NCBI GenBank assembly: GCA_023700825.1
Contig: JAMPYE010000003.1
Location: forward strand, 1-36,178
From: Thermoanaerobaculia bacterium
Lineage (GTDB): Bacteria; Acidobacteriota; Thermoanaerobaculia; Gp7-AA8
Reading direction: 5' to 3'
Length of the DNA: 36,178 nucleotides
Part shown: positions 18,507 to 26,035 of the stretch, piece after piece
Position numbering within the stretch: the first letter of the stretch is position 1
Layout of the letters: the number at the start of each line of letters is the position of its first letter
The notes under the pieces: model-generated
The model's database searches: none
Seen by the model: only the letters and a program-made list of their open reading frames with translations
Told to the model about the DNA's origin: nothing
Translations under genes and position numbers: made by a program

Positions 18507-19020
18507 AGTTCTCATCGCCGGCCTCGTCATCGTCGTTCCGTTCATCGTCCTGCTGGTGATGAACCTTGGGCGCGACCCGCACAAGGTCGACTCGCCGCTG
18601 ATCGGTAAGGCGTCGCCGCCGTTCTCGCTGCGACAGGTTGGAACACCCGCCGTCGTCGACATCATGTCGCTGCGCGGCAAGCCCGTCGTCCTGAACTTCT
18701 GGGCGACCTGGTGCGTGCCTTGTTATGCCGAACACCCCGTGCTCGTCGCGGGCGCCCGCCAGTACGCGGACAAGGCGCAGTTCGTCGGCGTCGTTTACGA
18801 CGACCAGGAGAACAAGATCGTCCAGTTCCTCGCCGAGAACGGGTCGAGCTACCCGACGCTGTTCGACGAGTCGGGGCAGACCGCGATCGCCTTCGGCGTC
18901 TACGGTGTGCCCGAGACGTTTTTCCTCGACGCGGACGGAAAGATCGTCGACAAGCACGTCGGCCCGCTCGATCCCGCCACTCTCGAAGCCAAGCTCCGGC
19001 TCGCCGGGGCATTCAGGTGA
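18496..19020 (+). CDS. ccmG: Thiol-disulfide oxidoreductase CcmG/DsbE (TlpA family)
   Basis: N-terminal TM, LNFWATWCVPC and GVYGVPETF. TTG 18496 follows GGAGGAGAGG. Confidence 0.92.
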   Translation: MNRKVLIAGLVIVVPFIVLLVMNLGRDPHKVDSPLIGKASPPFSLRQVGTPAVVDIMSLRGKPVVLNFWATWCVPCYAEHPVLVAGARQYADKAQFVGVVYDDQENKIVQFLAENGSSYPTLFDESGQTAIAFGVYGVPETFFLDADGKIVDKHVGPLDPATLEAKLRLAGAFR

Positions 19021-19025
19021 GTCCG

Positions 19026-19664
19026 ATGACATTCCGCCACACCATCGCGCGACGGTTCGTGCTCGCGTTGACGCTGCTCATGCTCGTGCTTCCCCTCGCG
19101 GCGCAGGCGCCCGAGCGGTCGGACGAGATCAAGTCGCCCGATCCGAAGTGGGTCGTCGGCGATCCCGCGGGCCCGCCGCGGACGGGTGTAGAGCTCGAGA
19201 AAGAAACCGCGCGTGTCGCGAGCCTTCTGCGCTGCCCGGTCTGCCAGGGGCTCTCCGTCAACGACTCGCCTGCCACGATGGCGCAGAACATGAAGCGCCA
19301 GGTGCGCGACCTCGTGGCGAAGGGCTACTCCGAAGAGCAGGCACTGCTCTATTTCGAGCGCGCCTACGGAGAGTTCGTGCGCCTCGAGCCGCCGCTCCGC
19401 GGGGTGAACTGGCTCGTCTGGGCCGCGCCCGTCGCGCTGCTCGTCATCGGGGGGTTCTTCGTTCTCTTCATGATGAAGCGGCTGCAACGAGCACCGAAGA
19501 ATGTCGAGGTCGCGAGCGTCGACTCGGCGACGCCGGGTCGTGACACGCTTCCCGACGACGAGCATCTTGCGCACTACGTGCTTCGCACGCGCGAGCTGGC
19601 CTATGGCTGGCCGGGCGGGCTCTCGCCCGCGTCGCGCGGCGAGGGCGGGGAGGAGTCGCGATGA
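19026..19664 (+). CDS. ccmH: Cytochrome c biogenesis protein CcmH (CycL)
   Basis: Signal peptide, LRCPVCQG motif, YGEFV, C-terminal TM. Confidence 0.92.
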   Translation: MTFRHTIARRFVLALTLLMLVLPLAAQAPERSDEIKSPDPKWVVGDPAGPPRTGVELEKETARVASLLRCPVCQGLSVNDSPATMAQNMKRQVRDLVAKGYSEEQALLYFERAYGEFVRLEPPLRGVNWLVWAAPVALLVIGGFFVLFMMKRLQRAPKNVEVASVDSATPGRDTLPDDEHLAHYVLRTRELAYGWPGGLSPASRGEGGEESR

Positions 19665-21097
19665 TGATGCTGATGCAGGCACCACCAGTCGACTGGACCC
19701 TGCCGATTGCGATGCTCCTCGGCGGGCTCGTGATCGGTACGATCGTCGCGATCGTCGTCTCGCAACGGAGCCCGAAAACGCGGAAGGACGACGCCCCCCT
19801 CGACGCCAACTCGCACGAGCTCGAAGTCCGCGATCTCGGTGCGAAGCGCGACTCGCTCTTCGACCAGCTTCGCGAGCTCGACGACACGAGCGCGAAACGC
19901 GACGCCGATCAGCTTGCCGTCGAGCGCTACGAGCTCGAGCTCGAAGCGGCGAGAACGCTTCGCCGGCTTGACGAGCTGACGGGACGCCACGCGCCCTCGA
20001 AGCGCAGTGCTCCCGGCGCGAAGGCTGTCGCGGCCGCCGCTCCGGCAGTCGAGGTCGAGACGGTCGTCGCTCCCCCGAGTCCAGTGAAGGGATTCCTCTG
20101 GGGAATCGGCAGCGCAGCCGCGATCGTCGCCCTCGTCTTCTTCGTCGCGAAGTCGGCGGACGAACGGGGCGACGGTGGCTCGATGACCGGCAACATCCCG
20201 GGTGGTGGAGGCATGCAGTCGGGAGACGGCGCGCCGCAGGATCCCGAGATGCAGCAGCTGCTCTCGCGCGTGCAGGCAAATCCGAACGACCTCGACCTTC
20301 GTAACGAGCTCGCGTTCCAGCAGCTGATGCGCGAGCAGCTCATGGGAGTGTTCGAGACGACGCAGTACGTTCTCGAGCGACGGCCCGGCGACCCTGCGGC
20401 GATGACCTATCAGTCCGTCGTACGGCTCGCGATGGGGCAGTCGGCCGAAGCGGAGCAGATGCTGAAGCGAGCGATCGAGGCGCGGCCCGACCTGCTCGAC
20501 GCGCGCGTCTACCTCTCGCTCACGTACGCGCAGCTCGGACGCTATGACGAGGCCAAGGCAGCCATCGACGAGGCGATCCGCCTGAGTCCCGCCGAGGCCG
20601 ACCGTCTCCGCCAGCTCTGGTCGCAGATCGAAGCGCAGAAAGCCGCGGGCCCTCCGCCGTCGACCGCGGGGAAGAAGGACGATCCTCATGCCGGCATCGC
20701 ACTCCCGCCGATGAGCGGAGAAGGCGTGCAGCCCGCCCAGGCGCCGCCATCGACGGCGTCGTCGGATCCGCGCGCGGTGCGCGGAACGCTGACGCTCGCC
20801 GCGGGGGGGAGCGTGCCGCGAGGCGCGGCCGTGTTCCTGATCGTGCGCACGGCCGGAGCGAAAGGCGGCGCGCCCGTGGCGGTCGCGCGCGTGGACGCCG
20901 GCTCGTTCCCGCTCGCGTTCGAAGTCAGCCTCGCGAACTCGATGATGGGGCAGCCGCTTCCCGACTCCATGCTCATCGAGGCGCGCGTCGATCTCGACGG
21001 CAACCCGATGACGCGCGATGCCGGTGCCCCGTCCGGGTCCGCCGACAACGTCGCAGCGGGATCTTCGGGAGTGAAGATCGATCTCTCGGTTCGCTGA
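19661..21097 (+). CDS. ccmI: CcmI/CycH-type TPR apocytochrome chaperone
   Basis: TM-(LRELD coiled coil)-TM, TPR repeats and a C-terminal Ig-like domain (AVFLIVR...PVAV...FPLAF...NSMM...EARV) typical of CycH. ATGA coupling. Confidence 0.85.
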   Translation: MMMLMQAPPVDWTLPIAMLLGGLVIGTIVAIVVSQRSPKTRKDDAPLDANSHELEVRDLGAKRDSLFDQLRELDDTSAKRDADQLAVERYELELEAARTLRRLDELTGRHAPSKRSAPGAKAVAAAAPAVEVETVVAPPSPVKGFLWGIGSAAAIVALVFFVAKSADERGDGGSMTGNIPGGGGMQSGDGAPQDPEMQQLLSRVQANPNDLDLRNELAFQQLMREQLMGVFETTQYVLERRPGDPAAMTYQSVVRLAMGQSAEAEQMLKRAIEARPDLLDARVYLSLTYAQLGRYDEAKAAIDEAIRLSPAEADRLRQLWSQIEAQKAAGPPPSTAGKKDDPHAGIALPPMSGEGVQPAQAPPSTASSDPRAVRGTLTLAAGGSVPRGAAVFLIVRTAGAKGGAPVAVARVDAGSFPLAFEVSLANSMMGQPLPDSMLIEARVDLDGNPMTRDAGAPSGSADNVAAGSSGVKIDLSVR

Positions 21098-21121
21098 CCG
21101 GTCACGACATCGATTGGCCCT

Positions 21122-21153
21122 TCGGGCACCGGATTCCGGTGCCCGATTTTTTT
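21122..21153 (+). terminator. Intrinsic terminator of the ccm operon
   Basis: Perfect 11-bp stem TCGGGCACCGG-att-CCGGTGCCCGA followed by T7. Confidence 0.9.
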
Positions 21154-21210
21154 GCGGGGAGTGCGGCTGCCGTTCCGCCGTGAGGTCGATTCGGCTAAAC
21201 TCTGCGAATC

Positions 21211-22512
21211 ATGGATAACTCGCTGCAGGGTAATCTCGGTCATTTCTCTCTCCATGACGTTCTTCGCTTCCTCGCGGACGGAGGACGTACGGGAACGATG
21301 AAGCTCACCAGCGGCGGCCGCGAAGCCATCGCGTGGCTCGACGGAGGCGCGATCGTCTTCGCCTGGTCCAACCAGGAGCAGATGCGGATGCCGCTCGTGC
21401 TGGCGCGGCGCGGAAAGCTGACGAAGGATCAGCGCGCACGGCTCGAGGAGCTCGCCAAACAGGAAGGCGAGCGCTTCGCGCAGGCGGCGATCAAGCAGGG
21501 TGTGTTCAAGGCCGATCAACTCCGCGACCTTTCCGCGGAGTACGTCGCCGAAGTGATGATCGACGCTCTCCTCTGGGACGGCGGTTCGTTCGGATTCTCG
21601 GTCGAGCTGGCGCTTCCCGACTCGGCGGTTCCGGTGCTGCTCAAGGTCGACGATCTGCTCGAGCGCGGCGCGAAGCGCGAGGCCGAGTGGGCGGAGTGCC
21701 GCAAGCTCTTCCCGAACCCCGCTCAGGCCTTCCAGGTCATGGGCGACCCCGAGGCCGACGAGAAGATCACGCTCAGCGTCACGCAGTTCAAGACGCTGCT
21801 CAAGATCAAGGAACTCGGCGCCGCGAGCGTCGAACAACTCTGCCTGATGCTCGACCGCGATCCTCTCGAGACCTACCGGACCATGGACGGCCTCCGCACT
21901 GCGGGGCTGATCGTCGAATCGTCGGCGCCCGTTGCCGTCGCGACTGCGCCAGCCGTCAGGCCGGTGCCTCCTCCACCGGCTCCCGCTCCTCCCGTCGTCG
22001 CCGCGCCCCCCCCGCCGCCGCCGGCACCGGAGCTCGAGAGCGAGGACGATGTCCCGACGGCAGTCGCGGACTGGCGTGATCAGGTCGCGCATCCCGCACC
22101 CGATGCCGCTGGCATTCCGGAACCGGAGCCGACTGTTGCCACGCCGCTGGCTTCGTTCCGTCCCGCGCCGGAGCCGTCGATCGAGTCGCTCATCGGAGTG
22201 CTCACGCTCGACAATGCCGACAAGACTTCGTTCCCTCTTTTCGAGACGGAACACTCGGTCGGACGCGAGGCGAACAACTCGATTCAGGTTCCCGACTCGA
22301 GCGTCTCGGGGGCGCACGCACGGATCCGGAAGACGCCCGAGGGATATCTGCTCGAGGATCTGAACAGCCGAAACGGAACGTACGTGAACGGCGAACGGAT
22401 TCAGACCCGCCTGCTTCGGAACGACGACAAGATCCGTCTCGGCAAGGTCCACATGGTGTTCAACCTGCCGACTCAGATGCAGCCGCCGAAGACGACGGCC
22501 CCGGGCGACTAG
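21211..22512 (+). CDS. DUF4388 (PATAN-like) domain, Pro-rich linker and C-terminal FHA domain
   Basis: N-terminus LQGNLGHFSLHDVLRFL...RTGTMKL...GAIVFA...WDGGSFGF. FHA residues VGR, VSGAHA and DLNSRNGTYVNG are intact. Confidence 0.88.
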   Translation: MDNSLQGNLGHFSLHDVLRFLADGGRTGTMKLTSGGREAIAWLDGGAIVFAWSNQEQMRMPLVLARRGKLTKDQRARLEELAKQEGERFAQAAIKQGVFKADQLRDLSAEYVAEVMIDALLWDGGSFGFSVELALPDSAVPVLLKVDDLLERGAKREAEWAECRKLFPNPAQAFQVMGDPEADEKITLSVTQFKTLLKIKELGAASVEQLCLMLDRDPLETYRTMDGLRTAGLIVESSAPVAVATAPAVRPVPPPPAPAPPVVAAPPPPPPAPELESEDDVPTAVADWRDQVAHPAPDAAGIPEPEPTVATPLASFRPAPEPSIESLIGVLTLDNADKTSFPLFETEHSVGREANNSIQVPDSSVSGAHARIRKTPEGYLLEDLNSRNGTYVNGERIQTRLLRNDDKIRLGKVHMVFNLPTQMQPPKTTAPGD

Positions 22513-22539
22513 CGTCGGCGGTCTCTCGTCGGCGCATTG

Positions 22540-22580
22540 ACGGCGCTTCACGCAGCGAGCTGCGCGAAGCGCCGTTTTTC
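22540..22580 (+). terminator. Probable intrinsic terminator after the DUF4388-FHA gene
   Basis: ACGGCGCTTC-a-CGCAG-cgag-CTGCG-c-GAAGCGCCGT followed by TTTTC. Confidence 0.7.
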
Positions 22581-22664
22581 GTTGTGCCCGCGCGTCGTTT
22601 TCGAATGGTGCAGCGCGTGCGTCGCGGACTGACCGCGCAGGGCTTCCCGGCGTTCGCGAAACGC

Positions 22665-22735
22665 TTTCAAAAGAATTCACATTTGGATGTGAGTTGTGCT
22701 AAAACTCAACTCGTTTCCAAAAACTAAAGTTCGGA
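22665..22735 (+). promoter_or_regulatory. AT-rich putative promoter/operator region of the redox operon
   Basis: Local drop in GC. Palindrome TCACAT-ttgg-ATGTGA (22677-22692) and overlapping inverted repeat GAGTTG-N10-CAACTC (22691-22712). Weak TTCACA-N18-TAAAAC promoter match. Confidence 0.55.
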
Positions 22736-22759
22736 TGAACGGAGAAGCTCGGCGAAGTC

Positions 22760-25159
22760 ATGAGCTCACGCCAGAGATTTGATCTCATCATCGTCGGCTC
22801 GGGCCCCGCGGGTATTGCAACCGCGTCGCACGCGCACGACAACGGCATCAACTACGTGCTTCTCGAGAAGACTGACCATCTCTCGGACACGATCTTCTGC
22901 TATCAGGCACGCAAGTACGTCATGGCGGAGCCGATGGCGATCCCCGCGCGCGGCGACGTGCCGTTCGAAGCGGGATCCCGCGAGCAGATTCTCGGAGCAT
23001 GGGAATCGCACGCGAAGAACAAGCAGCTGAAGGTCGAGTACAACAAGGAAGTCAAGTCGGTGAAGAAGGTCGGCGCGACCTTCGAGGTCAAGGCCGCCGA
23101 CGGCAGCGAGTACGAAGGCAAGTGGGTCGTGCTCGCGATGGGAACGCAGGGATCGCAGCGCAAGCCCGGGTGCCCCGGCGAGGACATGTCGCACGTCCTC
23201 TATCGCCTCGCGGATCCTTCCGAATACGCCGAGAAGGACATCATCGTCGTCGGCGCCGGCGATTCCGCGATCGAGATCGCTGTCGCGCTGGCCGACGAGA
23301 ACCGCGTGAGCCTCGTCGTGCGCTCGGCGGAAATCGTCCGTGCGAAGGACAGTCTCATTCGCGAGGTGCTCACGCGGCAGGCGCAGGGCAGCATGACGGT
23401 CTACTACGGCACGACGCTGAAGGAGATCACCCTCGGCCATACCGACCTGAACGTGCGCGGAGAGACCGTTCGCGTTCGGAGCGACTACATCTTCCTGAAG
23501 CTCGGAGCCGACGCGCCCCGGAAGTTTTTCGAGTCGATCGGCGTGAAGTACACGAGTTCCGACAAGGACGCGCGTCCTTCGCTGACGCCGCAGTACGAGT
23601 CGGTCGACGTTCCTGGGCTGTTCCTGATCGGCGCCGCGAGCGGTCGCGACCTGGTCAAGCTCGGCATGAACCAGGGGTGGGAAGTCGTCGAGCATCTCTG
23701 CGGACGCAAGGTCGATCCGGCCGACGAGGCCGTGCTCAAGGAGCGGCTGCCGCACTGGAGCGGTTCCGTCGTCGAGCGAATGCAGCAGATCAAGCAGCGC
23801 GTGCCGCTGCTGGCCGCGGCCGACGACGAGAATCTCCGCGAGATGTTCCTCTCGACGAACGTGCGTGAATACCGCGACGGCGAGGCGATCATCCGCCAGA
23901 ACGACTACACGAACGAGTTTCTCATCATCGCCGAGGGGCGCGTGCAGCTCTGGGTCTCTCCGGAGGGATCGAAGGAGCAGCGGAAGATCACGACGATGAC
24001 CGCGGGGAACTTCTTCGGCGAGATGAGCCTGATCTCCGGCCGCCGCCGCACGGCAACGGCGATCGCGGAAGGACCCACGCGGATCATCGAGGTTCCGCGC
24101 AAGGCGATTCTCAAGCTGCTCGTCACGTCGCCGCGAGTGAAGGATCTCGTCGACCAGGCGTTCCTGATCCGCGCGATCCAGGGATATCTCTTCGGCGACA
24201 CGCCCGCGACGGTGCTGGGCGAGCTCGCCGCCAAGGCGACGATGATCACGCTCGCCAAGGATGCACCGGTGTTCAAGGAAGGCGATCCGGGCGACGCGTT
24301 CTACCTGATCCGCAACGGCATGGTGAAGATCGGCAAGACTTCGAACGACAAGGAGATCGTCCTTTCGTATCTCGTCGCCGGCAACTTCTTCGGCGAGTCG
24401 GCGCTGCTCGAGGGCGCGCCGCGCACCGCGACCGTGACGACGATCTTCCCGTCGGAGCTGATCAAGCTTTCGAAGCGGGACTTCGACCAGTTCCTCGACA
24501 GTCAGCCCGAACTGAGGAAGAAGCTGCTCAAGAAGCTCGAAGACCGGCGCGTGCTCAGCCTCATCGCCGAGGCGACGCCGGGGTCGGGGAGCATCCTGAA
24601 CGACCTGATCCGCGAAGAGGTCGTCATGGGAACGCACTCGCTGATCATCGACAACCACAAGTGCGTGCGGTGCAGCAACTGCATCCGCGCGTGCGAGGGG
24701 GTCCACGCCGACGGGCAGTCGCGCCTCTCGCTCACGGGCATCCAGCTCTACAACCTGCTCGCGCCGAACTCGTGCTGGCAGTGCCAGAACCCGATGTGCA
24801 TGCTCGACTGTCCGCCCGACGCGCTCACGCGCGACCCGCGCGGCGAGGTCTACATCCGCAGCAACTGCATCGGCTGCGGCAACTGCGAGAGGAACTGCCC
24901 GTACGGCAACATCTTCATGGTGCATCCGAAGCATGAAGGCGGCGGTCTGTTCGGCTGGATCAAGGGACTCTTCAGCAAGGAGAAGGCGGCGCACGACGAG
25001 GTCGAACGCACGCTGGCGGTCAAGTGCGACCTCTGCCGCGAGATCAGCGGCGGGCCGGCGTGTGTTCGCAGCTGTCCCACGGGCGCCGCGGTCCGGCTCA
25101 CTCCCGAGGAATACCGGGGCACACTCGAGGAACTGGTCATCATGAGAGGAGAGCGTTAG
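22760..25159 (+). CDS. Fusion of TrxR-fold FAD/NAD(P)H oxidoreductase, two cNMP-binding domains and a 4x[4Fe-4S] DmsB/NrfC-like domain
   Basis: IIVGSGPAG and VVGAGDSA dinucleotide motifs. cNMP cassettes FFGEMSL...RTATA and FFGESAL...RTATV. Cys groups CVRCSNCIRAC, CWQCQNPMCMLDCP, CIGCGNCERNCP and CDLC-x8-CVRSCP (16 Cys). Confidence 0.92.
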   Translation: MSSRQRFDLIIVGSGPAGIATASHAHDNGINYVLLEKTDHLSDTIFCYQARKYVMAEPMAIPARGDVPFEAGSREQILGAWESHAKNKQLKVEYNKEVKSVKKVGATFEVKAADGSEYEGKWVVLAMGTQGSQRKPGCPGEDMSHVLYRLADPSEYAEKDIIVVGAGDSAIEIAVALADENRVSLVVRSAEIVRAKDSLIREVLTRQAQGSMTVYYGTTLKEITLGHTDLNVRGETVRVRSDYIFLKLGADAPRKFFESIGVKYTSSDKDARPSLTPQYESVDVPGLFLIGAASGRDLVKLGMNQGWEVVEHLCGRKVDPADEAVLKERLPHWSGSVVERMQQIKQRVPLLAAADDENLREMFLSTNVREYRDGEAIIRQNDYTNEFLIIAEGRVQLWVSPEGSKEQRKITTMTAGNFFGEMSLISGRRRTATAIAEGPTRIIEVPRKAILKLLVTSPRVKDLVDQAFLIRAIQGYLFGDTPATVLGELAAKATMITLAKDAPVFKEGDPGDAFYLIRNGMVKIGKTSNDKEIVLSYLVAGNFFGESALLEGAPRTATVTTIFPSELIKLSKRDFDQFLDSQPELRKKLLKKLEDRRVLSLIAEATPGSGSILNDLIREEVVMGTHSLIIDNHKCVRCSNCIRACEGVHADGQSRLSLTGIQLYNLLAPNSCWQCQNPMCMLDCPPDALTRDPRGEVYIRSNCIGCGNCERNCPYGNIFMVHPKHEGGGLFGWIKGLFSKEKAAHDEVERTLAVKCDLCREISGGPACVRSCPTGAAVRLTPEEYRGTLEELVIMRGER

Positions 25160-25161
25160 GC

Positions 25162-25992
25162 GTGCCAATCCCGCGTTACGGTGTCCGCTGGCGCATCATC
25201 GCCCTCGTTCTGACGATCGGGCTCGTCGCGTCGTACGTCTGGTACCAGGGGCGCGAGCCGTTCACTCACGGTGGAACGCCGACGGGCCTCATCTACGGCT
25301 TCGTCGCCCTCTTCATGATGGGGTTCCTGCTTTATTTCGGCATCCGGAAGCGCGCCTACCGCAGTCGCTTCGGCACCCTGCAGGAGTGGTTGCACGCACA
25401 CATCTGGCTCGGTCTCTTCAGTTTCTTCGTGATCGTGGCCCATACCGGCCTCCGCTTTCAGGACAAGATTGCCGTGGCGCTCTTCGTGGTGATCGTCGGG
25501 GTGATCGCCACGGGCATCTTTGGGGCGCTGCTCTACAAGACGATTCCGAGAGAGCTGACGGAGATCCAGTCGAACCTCACGGGGCAGGAGATCTCCGACC
25601 AGCTCAATCAGCTTTCGAAGGCGATGGCGCGAATCGCGTCGGGCAAGTCGTCGCCGTTCCAGAGGATCTACTACAGTCTCCAGCGCGAGGCGATGCCGGG
25701 ATTCCTGGCGGGCTGGAAGCTCATCCTCTCGAGCGGCAAGCGGAACGAGAAGGCGGGAGACTGGACCGGCCTGGTCGGGATGGTCGAGAAGAGCGAGCAA
25801 GACGAGCTTCGTCAGTTGCTCGTCGCCTCGCGCCAGCAGAAGGAGCTGCATCTTCGCCTCGTCTACCAGCAGCGCTACCGCAACATTCTCGATTTCTGGC
25901 TCTACCTGCACATTCCCCTGTCGGTTGCGATGATCGTGCTGATCTTCGCGCACGTGTGGGGTGTCTTCTACTACGGCGTGGTCAAGTTCTGA
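25162..25992 (+). CDS. Inner-membrane protein, probable di-heme cytochrome b (ferric-reductase-like TM domain), 276 aa
   Basis: GTG lies 2 nt after the upstream stop. About 5 TM helices, two of which carry His pairs spaced i/i+14: HIWLGLFSFFVIVAH and HIPLSVAMIVLIFAH. Confidence 0.75.
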   Translation: MPIPRYGVRWRIIALVLTIGLVASYVWYQGREPFTHGGTPTGLIYGFVALFMMGFLLYFGIRKRAYRSRFGTLQEWLHAHIWLGLFSFFVIVAHTGLRFQDKIAVALFVVIVGVIATGIFGALLYKTIPRELTEIQSNLTGQEISDQLNQLSKAMARIASGKSSPFQRIYYSLQREAMPGFLAGWKLILSSGKRNEKAGDWTGLVGMVEKSEQDELRQLLVASRQQKELHLRLVYQQRYRNILDFWLYLHIPLSVAMIVLIFAHVWGVFYYGVVKF

Positions 25993-26035
25993 GGACGCGA
26001 GCCCCGCGAGACGGCTCGACGAGATACGGCGAACG

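Noticed and set aside
22677-22692. Canonical CRP/FNR binding site
   Set aside because: The half-sites are in the reverse order (TCACA-N6-TGTGA), so it is kept only as an unassigned palindrome.
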